64,000 nucleotides of DNA from an uncultured Planctomycetaceae bacterium (GCA_963813715.1 CAWFAK010000005.1:1461110-1525109); one strand, 5' to 3'. Numbered from the stretch's first letter, positions 12,475 to 24,426 are shown. Notes: a model not told the origin generated them from the sequence alone. Program-made: numbers and translations.

Positions 12475-13473
12475 ATGCCGGGTCAGGAAATCGACGAACG
12501 GGCGGCCAGCGCACGGGGCACGATTGAGGCGACTGCCCCAGCCGTCAGCGAACGCCCAGCCGCCAGCGAACGCTCGGTCGCCGGCCTGCTCTTCGGCCTG
12601 GCGACCTATGTCTACTGGGGATTTCAGCCCCTGTATTTCAAGCTCGTGCAGTCGGTGCCGCCGGCGCTCCTGGTCGCACATCGCACCGCCTGGTGCGCGA
12701 TCTTCATGGTCCTCCTGCTCACGGCCCTGCGGAGCTGGGGCGATTTTTTGCGCTGCGCCGCCTCGAAACGCCTGCTGCTCTTGCTGACGTGCAGCTCACT
12801 CCTCTTGGCGACCAACTGGTTGATTTACATCGCGAGCGTCGTGAACGGCCAAATGGTCGAGACGAGCCTCGGCTACTACATCAATCCCCTGTTCAGCGTG
12901 TTCCTGGGGATCGTCTTTTTGCACGAGCGGCCGGGAAGGTTGCAGACCGTCGCCATTCTGCTCGCGGCGCTCGGCATTGCGTACCTCGTCTGTCGGTTGG
13001 CCTACGTTCCGTGGCTCGCGCTCGGTGTCGCCGGAACATTCGGCCTGTATGGACTCGTCCGCAAAGTGGCGCGGGTCGAATCGCTGACGGGTCTCACGCT
13101 CGAAACGTTGCTCTTGTTCCCGCTGGCGGCTGGATATCTCACGTGGCAGTCGATCAGCGGGACCGACATCTTCGGCGGTTTCGGCGGCGGCGGTCGCGTC
13201 CTGGTGCTCGCCAGTGGAGCGATCACGGCGATACCGCTCTTGTTCTTCGGAGCGGCGGCGCGGCGGTTGCCGTTGTCTACGCTCGGATTTCTTCAATTCG
13301 TCTCGCCGAGCTTGCAGCTGGCCCTGGCTGTCTTGGCGTACGGCGAACCCTTCACCTTCCATCACGCCGTGAGTTTTGGCCTGATCTGGATCGCGCTGGC
13401 CCTGTTCACGGCCGAAACGGTGCTGTCTCGCCGCCGAATGCGCGAGGCAATTCCACAGCCGCCGGCTCGTTAA
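12475..13473 (+). CDS. rarD: EamA family transporter RarD
   Basis: About 10 TMs; SLGYYINPL, YGLVRK and LPLSTLGFLQF motifs. Confidence 0.9.
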   Translation: MPGQEIDERAASARGTIEATAPAVSERPAASERSVAGLLFGLATYVYWGFQPLYFKLVQSVPPALLVAHRTAWCAIFMVLLLTALRSWGDFLRCAASKRLLLLLTCSSLLLATNWLIYIASVVNGQMVETSLGYYINPLFSVFLGIVFLHERPGRLQTVAILLAALGIAYLVCRLAYVPWLALGVAGTFGLYGLVRKVARVESLTGLTLETLLLFPLAAGYLTWQSISGTDIFGGFGGGGRVLVLASGAITAIPLLFFGAAARRLPLSTLGFLQFVSPSLQLALAVLAYGEPFTFHHAVSFGLIWIALALFTAETVLSRRRMREAIPQPPAR

Positions 13474-13521
13474 GCCCAACGCCGTCGACACGCTGGCTCC
13501 TATCGCCAGCGAAAAGACGGC

Positions 13522-16170
13522 TCAGAGACCGTCCCGCAAGGCGTGCAGCTTTTCGAGTGCGGCGAGCGGCGTCATTCGGTCGAGATCCAAGCCGCGGATC
13601 GCATCGAGCACGGGGTGCTGTTCCACCTGGAACAGCGTGAGCTGTTGGCGAGCGGACGGCCGCGTCGAACGCGCGGGAACTTTGGGGCGACCCGCTTCGT
13701 CGACGTGATCGGCCTCGAGCGATTCCAGGATCACCGTCGCCCGCTCGACGACCTCCCGGGGAACGCCCGCCAGTCGAGCCACGTGAATGCCGTAACTTTT
13801 GTCGGCCGTCCCGGGCACGATCCGATGCAGGAAGATCACGTCGTCGGCATCCTCGCGGACGGCCACGTTCCAATTCGAAGCGGCTGAGAGCGTCTGCGTC
13901 AGTTCGGTCAGTTCATGGTAATGCGTGGCGAAGAGCGTGCGGCAGCCGACCACGTCGTGCAAATGTTCGGTGACCGCCCAGGCGAGCGAGATGCCGTCGT
14001 AGGTGCTCGTGCCGCGGCCGATCTCGTCGAGGATCACCAGGCTGCGAACAGTCGCGGCGTTCAAGATGCGGGCCGTCTCCGCCATCTCCACCATAAATGT
14101 GCTCTGCCCCTTGCCCAGCTCGTCGCTAGCGCCGACGCGGGCGAAAATCCGATCGGCGATGCCGATCCGCGCGCTCGCGCCGGCACGAATGATCCCATCT
14201 GCGCGAGGAGGGCGATCAGTGCCGCCTGACGAATGTAGGTGCTTTTGCCCGCCATGTTCGGGCCGGTGATGATCTGCACCCGCCCGAGCGAGGCCGTGGC
14301 GGCGCCGTCCGCTTGCGGCGACTCGGCGGGAACGCCCAGCCGAATGTCGTTGGGGACGAACTCACCCGAAGGCTTCAGGCGGTCGAGCACGGGATGTCGC
14401 GCATCGCGGACGTCGAGGATCGGCTCCGCGCAGAGTTCTGGCCGACAATAGTTGTGCCGCACGGCGACGGTCGCCAAGGCCGCCAGCACGTCGATCTCGG
14501 CGAGAGCGGCCGCTGTGCCGGTCAGCCGTCGCGATTGGCCGGCCACCCGTTCGCGCAGGGCTGCGAACAGCTCCTGCTCGAGCGCGATGGCCTGCTCTTC
14601 GGCGCGGAGCACTTTCTCCTCGTGCTCCTTGAGCGGCGGCGTGATGTATCGTTCCTGGTTCTTGAGCGTCTGCTTCCGCATGTAGTCGGCGGGCACCTTG
14701 TTCGCCTGCGAGGCGGTCACCTCCAGGTAGTAGCCAAAGACGCGGTTGAAGCCGACCTTGAGATTGGCGATGCCCGTGCGGGTGATTTCCTCGGCCTGAT
14801 AGCGGGCGATCCATTCCTTGCCGCCGCGCGCCAGCCCGCGCAGTTCGTCGAGCTGCGGGTGGTAGCCGGCGCGAAAGACGTTTCCCTCGGTCGTTCCTAG
14901 CGGCGGTTCGTCGGCCAGAGCCCGCTCGATCTCGGCCCGCACGTCTCCGCACAGATCGAGCTGCTCTTCCAGTTGCACGAGACGCGGCGAACGACGGGCC
15001 GACAGACGGGCCTTGAGCTTGGGCAACAGCGAAAGCGTCCGGGCGAGGCAGGCCAGAGTCGCGCGGACCGGCCCGGCCCGTCGCCACGCGGGCCGTCAGC
15101 CGTTCGAGATCGTAGGCCCGCTCCAGCTCTTCGCGCAGATCGCGGGCGAGCACGACGTCCTGCGTCAGTTCTTCGACCGCATCCAACCGCTCGTTGATCG
15201 CCGCCAGGTCCGTGAGAGGATTGGCCAGCCGATCGGCCAGCACGCGGGCCCCCATCGGCGTGACGGTTTCATCGATCACCGACAGCAGGCTCCCCTCGCG
15301 AGCTCCTGTTCGCAGCGTTTCCGTCAGCTCCAGGCTGCGGCGCGTCGCTTCGTCGATCAACAAACTCGACCCGCGGCGATAGGGCTCCAAGCGGACGATG
15401 TGGCCCAGCGCACTCTTTTGCGTTTCCTGCACGTACTGCAAGAGCGCGCCCGCCGCCGTTACGCCCGGAGAGTTTTCATCCAGGTCGAAGCCGTCGAAGG
15501 TCGCCGTGCCGAAATGTGTGAGCAGCAAGCGTCGACAGTCGGCTCGCGCGAAACTCCAGGCGGGCCGGCTGCTGGTCAGCATGCCCTCCCGCTCGGCTAG
15601 TGCCGCAACAATCGCGGGCGGCAACGCTTGATCGGGCACCAGGCACTCGGCCGGCTCGATCCGCGCCAGTTCGTCGGCCAGGCTTTGCGGCTCGATCTGG
15701 GCGGCGACGAAGCGGCCTGTCGACAGCTCCAGCCACGCCAGGCCCAGCCCTTGCTTGTCGGGCCAGACGCTCGCCAGGAAGTTGCACTTCCGCGGATCGA
15801 GCAGCCCTTCGTCAACCAGCGTGCCGGGCGTGACGATTCGCGTCACTTCGCGGCGGACGAGCCCCTTGGCGAATTTGGGATCTTCCACCTGGTCACAGAT
15901 GGCGACGCGGAGACCCGCCTCAATCAATTTCTGGAGATAGTTTTCCAGCGCGTGATACGGAAAGCCGGCCATCGGCACCGGGTTGGGCGAGCCCTTGTCG
16001 CGGCTGGTGAGCGTGAGACCGAGAACCTTGGCCGCCAGCTGTGCGTCCTCGAAAAACAGCTCGTAAAAGTCGCCCATGCGAAAGAGCAACAGCGAGCCCG
16101 GGTTCTGGCCTTTGACCTCCAGATACCGCTCCATCATGGGCGTCTGTTTTTTCAGCTCGTCGACCGACAC
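13522..16170 (-). CDS. mutS: DNA mismatch repair protein MutS, with two apparent frameshifts (about 15060 and 14175)
   Basis: TPMMERY...[11 protein letters not shown]-terminus; [15 protein letters not shown]alker [13 protein letters not shown] and SYGIHVA motifs spread over three frames. Confidence 0.93.
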
Positions 16171-16278
16171 GGGTGCGCCTCTTTAACTTGCGACAATCGG
16201 CGATCAGCTGCCCAGCCTTGCATGCGGAAGAGTAAGATGCAAGTGGAGCGTTTCGATGTTTGAGTGCGAGGCAGAGTC

Positions 16279-16626
16279 GTGAAAAAACCTTCCCGGTTGG
16301 AAGACCTCGACACTGAAGCGGGTCGCACCACCGATGAGTTGGTTCGACTCTTTGCGATCACAGTCATGGGCGTCGTGGGTGCTGTCGAAAGAGGTCTCTG
16401 GACCGCGGACGACGCGGTGCGCGAGTTCTTCAATGCGGAAAACTGTCTCTTCGTCGAGAATCGTCTCAACAGCAAAATCGCTTCGGAAATCATGAAGCGC
16501 GGCGTGCAGTTGCCCGATCTGTTCGATGCGCTCGATCCCAATAGCGCTCGTTGTGAGTTCGAGCGAGAGCTCAAGAAGATCCGTGTGCTGAGCGAATGCC
16601 TGCTACCGTCCGGGCCCGTCGCCTGA
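16279..16626 (+). CDS. Hypothetical protein (possibly DUF3969-like)
   Basis: Compact helical ORF of about 115 aa between mutS and prs with FFNAENCLFV...IMKRGVQL; family assignment from memory only. Confidence 0.55.
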   Translation: MKKPSRLEDLDTEAGRTTDELVRLFAITVMGVVGAVERGLWTADDAVREFFNAENCLFVENRLNSKIASEIMKRGVQLPDLFDALDPNSARCEFERELKKIRVLSECLLPSGPVA

Positions 16627-16634
16627 AGCTGCCG

Positions 16635-17657
16635 TCAGTCCGGCAGCCGCGTGTCCGGGAACAGGTTGCTGACGCTCGTACGATCGTGGATCGAGCGAAT
16701 CGACTTGGCGAAGAGCGCGGCAACCGAAATCACCGAGACGTTGGGGGGCAGCGGATCCTGCACGTTCTCGATCGTGTCGGTGATGAACAGCTCCTTGATC
16801 GGGCTGGCCGCCAACCGCGCGGCGGCCCCCTTGGAGAGCACGCCGTGCGTCACCGCCGCGTAGACGTCGAGCGCTCCGCGGCGTTTGAGCAGCTCGGCCA
16901 TGCTGATCAGCGAATTGCCGGTGATCGTGAAATCATCGACGATCAGAATGTTTTTCCCCTTCACTTCGCCGATGACTTCCAACACCTCGGCCCGCTCGGT
17001 GTGGTCGGCCCGGTGCTTGTTGCCGATGACGACCGGCACGCCCAACAGCTGGGCGTAAGCGGAGGCGTCTTTGGCAAAGCCCGTGTCCGGGCTGCAGACC
17101 ACCAGGTCGGAGATTTTCATTGTGCGGATGTGGGCCGAGATCACGTGCCGCCCGTAGAGATGATCGACGGGAATCGCGAAGAATCCCTGAATCTGCGGAC
17201 TGTGCAGGTCCATCGTCAGCACGCGGTCGGCGCCGGCGGCTTCGATCGCGTCGGCGCAGACCCGGGCGCGAATCGACACCCGCGGCTCGTCCTTCTTGTC
17301 CCCCTTCGCATAACTGAAAAAGGGAATCACGGCCGTCACTTGCTGGGCACTCGCGCGTTTGAGTGCATCGATCCAGAACAACAGCTCCACGAAGTTGTCG
17401 TTGACCGGGTAATGCACCCCCTGAATGATGAACGTGTCCCGCCCCCGCACGTTCTCCTTGATCTGCACGAAGACATTGCCTTCGCTGAACACGTGGGCCT
17501 TGCACGGGGAGAGCGGCACACCCAGTTCGTTGGCGATCGCCTGGGCCAGCAGCGGGTTGCCCGAGCCGGCCAGCACCGCCAGGTCGCCCTGCGGCGCCTG
17601 AAACACTTGCGGACGGGGACCGGGCGCTTGAATGGGAGAGTTCGAGACTCGGCTCAT
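16635..17657 (-). CDS. prs: Ribose-phosphate pyrophosphokinase
   Basis: [27 protein letters not shown] and IVDDFTITG (PRPP-binding) motifs; start ATG 17657 inferred. Confidence 0.92.
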   Translation of the reverse strand: MSRVSNSPIQAPGPRPQVFQAPQGDLAVLAGSGNPLLAQAIANELGVPLSPCKAHVFSEGNVFVQIKENVRGRDTFIIQGVHYPVNDNFVELLFWIDALKRASAQQVTAVIPFFSYAKGDKKDEPRVSIRARVCADAIEAAGADRVLTMDLHSPQIQGFFAIPVDHLYGRHVISAHIRTMKISDLVVCSPDTGFAKDASAYAQLLGVPVVIGNKHRADHTERAEVLEVIGEVKGKNILIVDDFTITGNSLISMAELLKRRGALDVYAAVTHGVLSKGAAARLAASPIKELFITDTIENVQDPLPPNVSVISVAALFAKSIRSIHDRTSVSNLFPDTRLPD

Positions 17658-17970
17658 AAGGCGGGAAGCCTGGGAGAATCGCCCGGGAGAGGCAGAATTC
17701 GCTGCAAAGTGCATCATAGCGGCGTGGGCAGAGCGACGCAAAAGTGTGTACGCGGACAGCCCTTGCGCCACGTCCCGACTGTCACTGTCCCGACCGTCAA
17801 AGTTGACGCCGGCCGGGAACAGCCGCTATAGCAGCGTTGGAACCGGGCGTCGGCCGAACCGCGGAGTCGTTGGCGTGTCTCGATGCTGCTGCGTCTTCGA
17901 GAGACGCCGCGCTGGACGCGAATCAGCCGACGTGCGGGACGGAAACCGGAACGAGCGAGGATTGCCGACA

Positions 17971-19055
17971 ATGACCAAGCGTATCGTCAATTTTTCCGCC
18001 GGGCCGGCCGCGCTGCCCGTGCCCGTGCTCGAGGAGGCCCGCGACGCCCTGTTGTCGCTGGGCAACACGGGGATCGGCATTCTGGAGCATTCGCATCGCG
18101 GCAAGGCCTTCCTGGCCGTCTACCACGAAACGGTCGCCCTGTTCCGCGAGGTCGGCGGCATTCCCGACGATTACGAAGTGCTGTTTCTCCAAGGCGGCGC
18201 GTCGACCCAGTTCTTCATGGTCCCGATGAATTTCCTCTCGCGCGAAGCAGACGGCCGACTACCTGGTGACCGGCGCCTGGTCGGAAAAGGCAGTGGCGGA
18301 GGCGGGCCGGTTCGGCAAGGCGCACGTCGCCTGCTCCAGCAAAGATCGCAACTACTGCTACATCCCCAATACGTGTCAGTATTCGCCCAGCCCGGCCTAC
18401 GTCCACTTCACGTCGAACAACACGATCTTCGGCACCGAGTTCGCGCACGAGCCCTCGATCCCCGCCGGCAGCCTGCTCTTTTGCGACGCCAGCAGCGACA
18501 TCTTCTCCCGGCCGATCGACGTCAAGCGCTACGCGCTGATCTATGCGGGCGCCCAAAAGAACCTGGGGCCCTCCGGAGTAACGCTCGTGATCCTGCGAAA
18601 GGATCTGATCGAGCGGGCGCCCGAGGACCTGCCGACGATGCTGCAGTACCGCACGCACGCCGACAACGAATCGATGTACAACACGTGCCCCACGTTCGGC
18701 ATCTACGTGATGGGGCTGGTGGTGAAGTGGATCAAGAATCAGGGAGGGCTCAAATCGCTCGAGGCGCACAACCGCGCCAAGGCGGACAAGCTGTACGCGA
18801 CCCTCGACGCCAGTCGCATCTTCAAAGCGACGGCCGACCGCGACAGCCGCTCGCTGATGAACGTGACCTTTGTCGGCGTCGAGCGAGGAGCTCAACAACC
18901 AGTTTCTCAAGTTCGCCGAAGCGCAGGGGCTCGACGGATTGAAGGGGCACCGCAGCGTGGGCGGAATGCGGGCCAGCTTGTACAACGCCTTCCCTCCCGA
19001 GGGAGTGGACGCTCTGGTTGACGCAATCAAACGCTTCGAGGCGCAACACGCATGA
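17971..19055 (+). CDS. serC: Phosphoserine aminotransferase, with two apparent frameshifts (about 18245 and 18875)
   Basis: [27 protein letters not shown] (PLP lysine), RSLMNV and [15 protein letters not shown] motifs. Confidence 0.93.
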
Positions 19056-19880
19056 GCGGCGGCCGTCCCCCCGCGGCCGATTCCCCGGGCGGCCCCGGCG
19101 AGCCGGGTGGCAAAGCAGGCGGGGGCGCGGGCGGGGACGACCCGTCGCATGCCGACATCGGCATCGTCTGTGCGCTGCCGATCGAAATGGCGACCTTTCT
19201 CGCCCGCTGCGAACGCGTGCGGAAGTACGTCGGCTCGAACTTCGTATTCCGCGGCGGGATCTATGACGGCATTCGCATCGTCGTCGTCGAGAGTGGAACG
19301 GGACAGGCGCGGGCCCGCCGCGCGACTCACGCGCTGTTGGACGCCCATTCGCCGCGCTGGGTTCTCTGCTGCGGCTTCGCCGGTGCCCTGGTCCCCAACA
19401 TTCGCATCGGCGACGTCGTGGTGGCCGACTCGATCGTCGACGGCCAGGGCCAAATCCTGATGATCGACGTCGGCTTTCCCGCCGATGCGAAGCAAGGCAT
19501 TCACAGCGGACGACTGCTCACGCACGACACGATCGTGCGGCTGGTGACGGAGAAACAACAACTGGCGGCGCGGCACTCCGTAATCGCCGTCGACATGGAA
19601 AGCCTGGCCGTGGCGCAGGTCTGCCGCGAGCGGGGAAAGCGTTTCCTGGCGATCCGCGTGATCAGCGACGACTTGTCGAGCGATCTGCCGGTCGAGGTGC
19701 TCTCGCTGATGGGGCCGACGGGGACCACGCCGCTTCGGCGCGGCGATGGCGGCCGTCCTCTCGCGTCCCTCGAGCGTCAGTGATATGTGGAGGCTTCGCA
19801 ACTCGGCCAAGCTCGCCGCACGACGCCTGGCGACGTTTCTCGACGGTGTGGTGGTCCAGCTTTACAATGCGGGGCATTGA
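19052..19880 (+). CDS. Nucleoside phosphorylase / MTA-SAH nucleosidase family protein, frameshift near 19740
   Basis: [29 protein letters not shown] and RVISD motifs; C-terminus continues in another frame to TGA 19880. Confidence 0.8.
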
Positions 19881-19902
19881 GGCTTGGACGGCTTTTGGAA
19901 TT

Positions 19903-19931
19903 GGGTGGCACTGGCGGCTCGTCCGCCAGTG
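19903..19931 (+). repeat. REP-like palindrome, family A (GGGTGG-CACTGGCGG...CCGCCAGTG), single copy
   Basis: Intergenic hairpin; near-identical copies at 24338-24426 and 48172-48263. Confidence 0.85.
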
Positions 19932-19975
19932 TCTTGAATTTGCATCCCAGCATCTGAATCTGCATCGAGGTTAGC

Positions 19976-20757
19976 GTGCGTCCCTGGGTGCTCGCGGAAC
20001 TGAATTACGGATACCTGCGCGAGCATCCGGTGCAAGTCGCCGTGTTGCCGCTGGGCGCCACCGAACCGCACAATCTGCATCTCCCCTACGGCACCGACAT
20101 CTTCGAAGCCGAGGTGATCGGCAGCCACGCGTGCGAGGCGGCCTTCCAGCGCGGGGCGGCCGTCACGCTCTTGCCGGCCATTCCCTACGGGACCGACACG
20201 AATCAGCTCGGCTTCCCGCTGGCCATCAACCTCAATCCGTCGACGCTCTTGACGGTCATCCGCGACATCGTCGATTCGCTCGCCGTCCACGGCGTTCACA
20301 AGCTGGTGCTGTTGAACAGTCACGGCGGCAACGACTTCAAGCCCGTGCTCCGCGAGCTTTACGGCCAAACGCCGGTCAGGCTGTTCCTCTGCGAGTGGTA
20401 CCGCATGGCGGCGGACGCCCAGAAGCAGATCTTCAGCGCATCGACGATCACGCCGGAGAAGTGGAAACGTCGCTCGCACTGGCCTATTTTCCCGAGCTCG
20501 TCGCCCGCGATCCCAAAACGGGAACGCTGGCGGCCGACGACGGCGACGTCCGGCCGACGCGGTTCGAAGCCGTCAATCGCGGCTGGGTCTCGATCACGCG
20601 GCCCTGGCACCTGTTGACGACGAACTCGGGTGCGGGCAACCCGCACGCGGCCACGGCGGAGAAGGGACGGGCCCTGATGGACGTGCTGGTCGAACGCATC
20701 TCGGGCTTCCTCGTCGAGCTGGCGGCAGCCGAGATCGATGAACAATTTCCGTTTTGA
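19976..20757 (+). CDS. Creatininase family protein, frameshift near 20440
   Basis: LPLGATEPHNLHLPYGTD, NSHGGN and DHAGEVETS motifs. Confidence 0.88.
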
Positions 20758-20780
20758 TTTCACTCAGTTGGGACTCTGAC

Positions 20781-21513
20781 ATGTCTCTCGCGAATAAGAC
20801 GGCACTCATCACCGGCGGCGGCACGGGAATCGGAGCGGGCTGCGCTTGGGGCTGGCCCGCGCGGGCTGCGCGGTGGCGATTGCCGGGCGACGCAGCGATA
20901 AACTCGCCGAAGCGGCCCGACTCTTCGACGGCAAGCCGGCGATCAAAACTGCACGAGGTGGACGTCGCCGATCGTAAAAGCGTCGCCAAGCTGTTCGAGT
21001 GGGCCAATCGCGAGTTGGGCCGCATCGATATTCTGGTCAACTGCGCGGGGACCAACGTGCAGAAACGGTCGATCCACGATCTGGATCCCGAGGATTGGGA
21101 TCGGCTTGATGGCGATCAATGCCACAGGTGCTTACAACTGCATCCGCGAGGTCCTGCCGCAGATGAAGGAACGCCGCGACGGGCTCATCGTGAATATCAA
21201 TTCGACCGCCGGCGTGCGGGCCGGGCTGATCGGCGGCGTCGCCTACAACGCGTCCAAGTTTGCGATGAAGGCCCTCGGCATCACGGTCGCCCAGGAAGTC
21301 CGCGAACTGGGCATCCGCGTCACGAACATCTACCCGGGCGAGGTCGACACGCCGATCCTCGAAAATCGGCCCGTCCCGGTGACGGCCGAGCATCGGGCCC
21401 GCATCCTCAAGCCCGAGGACGTGGCCGCCGTCCTGGTGACGATTGCCGCCCTGCCCCCCCGAGCCAACGTCTCGGAAGTGGTCATCAAGCCGACGATTCA
21501 ACAGTTTGCCTGA
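20781..21513 (+). CDS. SDR family oxidoreductase, frameshifted
   Basis: TGGGTGIG, DILVNCAG, YNASK catalytic motif, PGEVDTP; spread over several frames. Confidence 0.88.
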
Positions 21514-21596
21514 CAGGGGCAGTGCCCCTGTACCCGGTGCGGTTCGTGCGTTTTGAGGAATCGGCTGTTCGCCGCGGGTTATCGGAGGGAGAAGGG
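21514..21596 (+). repeat. About 85-bp dispersed repeat containing a CAGGGGCA-TGCCCCTG hairpin; inverted copy at 24161-24246
   Basis: Both copies translate to PPITRGEQ(Q)P.PQNA.TAPG.GALPL on opposite strands. Confidence 0.85.
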
Positions 21597-21640
21597 CTCG
21601 CGCAGGGCGTTGTCGCGAAGCGACCTGCCCCCAGAGCCCG

Positions 21641-21685
21641 GCGATCGGTGGCCGGGGCGTCCGCTTGCGGAAGCCCCGGATTTTC
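21641..21685 (+). repeat. REP-like repeat, family B (GGTGGCCGGGG...GCCCCGG), uninterrupted copy
   Basis: Matches the inverted copy at 24448-24485 joined to 25886-25893, which is interrupted by the IS110; related copy at 29159-29192. Confidence 0.75.
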
Positions 21686-21921
21686 GTAGGGCAGGCTGTG
21701 TGTATAGACACTGTGCCTGCCGTCGGCTCTCGTGCGTGACGCGGGTCTCGCACGCTGACGGCGCTTCGTGGTTGTGTCAGAGCGCTTCGTCGCGTTAGAC
21801 CGTGAGTTCGAAACCGACACAATTACGCTCGTCTGTCGGCCGCGATTTCATTGGCTCAGCGTGGCGGGCGGCAGGCAGAGCCTGCCCTACAAGACTCGGT
21901 TACGGCGGATGGCGCGGGAGT

Positions 21922-22317
21922 TCAGCGGAGGAGATGGCGGTAGACGATCGGCGCGATCAGCACGCAGAGCGGCAACAGTCCGACGACCACAACCAGCAGG
22001 TAATCGCGTCTCGTCCTCGTGCGTCCGCGGGGGACGAAAGCCGTCAGCAACCAGCCGAACGACCAGCCGAAGCAACCGCCAAAAAGCCTCCCAACGAGGA
22101 CGAACGGCCGCGGCAGGTCGCGGTCGTCAACTGTCCGCCCTTTTGCCCGCAGGATGTCGGCTGCCTGCGCCTGTACTTGCACCTGTTGCCGGAGGTGAAA
22201 GTGGGCTCCCCAATACTCGCCGAGCACGGTGCCCACGACTCCGCACGAAAAGCCCAACAGGCAGCCTAACGCCCATAACGCCGGCTTTCTCGGCTTGTCG
22301 GTCTTCGCGTCGCTCAT
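21922..22317 (-). CDS. Small membrane protein; solitary member of the cassette-like family
   Basis: Starts MSDAK inside GCCGCTAGAATGACGGAATG; its stop is the TGA of TGAACTCCCG; three hydrophobic segments. Confidence 0.7.
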   Translation of the reverse strand: MSDAKTDKPRKPALWALGCLLGFSCGVVGTVLGEYWGAHFHLRQQVQVQAQAADILRAKGRTVDDRDLPRPFVLVGRLFGGCFGWSFGWLLTAFVPRGRTRTRRDYLLVVVVGLLPLCVLIAPIVYRHLLR

Positions 22318-22599
22318 TCCGTCATTCTAGCGGCCTTGCGCCCTCCCCCGGTCGCGCGAATCTTCGGCTTGGGATTTTGCTTGCCTTCCCCAACCGACAA
22401 GTCGCCGGGTGTTCGCAGATCGGGCCGCGGGCTCCCTAGGGCCGGCCCATCGACTGCGGCTCCAACATATCCCCACCGCCCCACAATCTCCCAACTTGTT
22501 TACACGCTCATAGAAACACGACCTTGTTCCATTTCCAGAATCCGCAAAATGGAGATAGGAGTCTTTTTTTCCGTGCAGTTCACAAGTTGAGAGTGTTGT

Positions 22600-24303
22600 A
22601 TGTCCGAGCGAAATGGGAATGGGCACATGCCCGAAAGTGGGGCGGCGGTTGGGGATCGGGTTAATGGCGAGACGCCGGCGGTCAGGCCCGATTTGACCGA
22701 TGCCCAGCGGGCGGAAGCTGTTCTGGAATGGGATCGCCGCTTCGAGGAGGCGCTGGTCGAGGTGCGGGCCAATTACGATCCGCAGGCTGAGGCAGCCAAG
22801 CTGGAGGGCCAGCCGGAGCCTGTGCGCGCCGGCCTCAATCGGCTGCGGGAGCTGGTCGTGCCGCCGAAGAAAGAGTTTCGGCTCTTTTCGGCCGCCCAGC
22901 TCAACTCGGGGCAGTACGAAACTCGCTATCTGGTCCGCGGCATTCTGGCGGCCGGGCAACCGGGAGGCATTTTCGGCGCCTTTAAGACGCTCAAAACGTC
23001 GCTGGCCGCCGACTTATTGATCTCGATCGCCAGCGGCACTCCCTTCCTCGGCCGCTTTCCCGTGCCGCAGCCGGGCCGCGTCCTCTTTCTCTCCGGCGAA
23101 TCGGGGTTGCCCGCGCTGCAGTCGATCGCCCGGCGGATCTGTGCCGAGCGCGGCCTGTCGCTGGAAAAACTCGACAATTTTGTCCTTTCGCCGGACTTGC
23201 CGCGGCTGGACCTGAGGTCCGACGTCGCGGCGCTCAAAAAACTCATCGAAGCCGAGCGGCCCGTCTGCGTGGTCATCGATCCGGCTTATCTCACGCTCGG
23301 CGGTGACAACGGCCGCAACCTGTTCGCGATGGGCTCGCTGTTGCGGCCGCTGGCCGAACTCTGCGAATCGACGGGCTGCACCGTGCTCGTCGTGCATCAC
23401 TGCAAACGCTCGCAAAAAGCGGGCGACCCGGCCACGCTCGACGACATCGCCTGGAGCGGCTTCGCCGAGTTCTCGGCCCAGTGGCTCCTGGTGTCCCGTC
23501 GCCGCCCCTTCGATCCGGCCACCGGGCACCACGAGCTGTGGCTGGGCGCGGGCAGCCGCGTCGGCAACCACGGCCTGTGGGAACTCGACGTCGACGAAGG
23601 CCGGCCGCACGAATTCTCGCTCGACGTTCGGCCCCACGGCCCGGTCGATGGTCCGCTCGACGATTCTCTTGCGGGCGAACACCGCGTCTGGAAAACGACC
23701 CTTCGCCCGGTGGCCGCGCTGCAACGGCAACTCGACGCGCAGTTCGTCGCGGCCAGCGAAGACCGCCGCCTCCGCCGCCGGGCGGCCACGTTCGACCGCC
23801 AAAAGCAACGCGTGCTCGAATTCCTCTCCGCCCACCCCAACGGCTGCAACGCCACCCAAATCCGCGAAGTGCTCGGCTTCAACGGCAACCGAATGAAACG
23901 GCTCCTGGACATGCTCTGCGACGACCGGCTCGCGCGGACCGAGGAAATCTACCACGACCGGCGGAAGGAAATTCTGTACCACCGCGTGCAGGTCATGGAT
24001 CTATCCGCCACCGCCATCCAATCCAACCGCGTCAGCCCAGTCGATGAAATGAAGTACGAGGTCCGGTCCGGACACTTTGTCGATCGACCGGCAGCGGGAC
24101 CGGACGACCGACGCCCACCCACGCCGCTGAACGCCGTCTCGCCGGTCAACGCGAGTTCCCCCCTTCGCCCACCGATTACCCGCGGCGAACAGCAACCGGT
24201 TCCCCAAAACGCCCTAACCGCACCGGGTGCAGGGGCGTTGCCCCTGCCCCTGCCGGGTCCGGACACTTTTGTGGGAATGGGGACCGACGCGGACCGGACG
24301 TAG
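22600..24303 (+). CDS. AAA_25 / RepA-like P-loop ATPase (helicase-like) with probable C-terminal winged HTH
   Basis: GGIFGAFKTLKT Walker A variant, VLFLSGE, VVIDP Walker B, LVVHH; C-terminal NATQIREVLGFNGNRMKRLL. Confidence 0.8.
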   Translation: MSERNGNGHMPESGAAVGDRVNGETPAVRPDLTDAQRAEAVLEWDRRFEEALVEVRANYDPQAEAAKLEGQPEPVRAGLNRLRELVVPPKKEFRLFSAAQLNSGQYETRYLVRGILAAGQPGGIFGAFKTLKTSLAADLLISIASGTPFLGRFPVPQPGRVLFLSGESGLPALQSIARRICAERGLSLEKLDNFVLSPDLPRLDLRSDVAALKKLIEAERPVCVVIDPAYLTLGGDNGRNLFAMGSLLRPLAELCESTGCTVLVVHHCKRSQKAGDPATLDDIAWSGFAEFSAQWLLVSRRRPFDPATGHHELWLGAGSRVGNHGLWELDVDEGRPHEFSLDVRPHGPVDGPLDDSLAGEHRVWKTTLRPVAALQRQLDAQFVAASEDRRLRRRAATFDRQKQRVLEFLSAHPNGCNATQIREVLGFNGNRMKRLLDMLCDDRLARTEEIYHDRRKEILYHRVQVMDLSATAIQSNRVSPVDEMKYEVRSGHFVDRPAAGPDDRRPPTPLNAVSPVNASSPLRPPITRGEQQPVPQNALTAPGAGALPLPLPGPDTFVGMGTDADRT

Positions 24304-24337
24304 GTTTGCGGATCCGGAATCGTTGATGTCAGGCATT

Positions 24338-24426
24338 GGGTGGCACTGGCGGCTTGTCCGCCAGTGTCTTCTGATGGGCAGCGCGACGGACCCAAGACAC
24401 TGGCGGACAAGCCGCCAGTGCCACCC
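24338..24426. repeat. Inverted doublet of REP-like family A (BIME-like)
   Basis: GGGTGGCACTGGCGGCTTGTCCGCCAGTG followed by its reverse complement. Confidence 0.88.
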
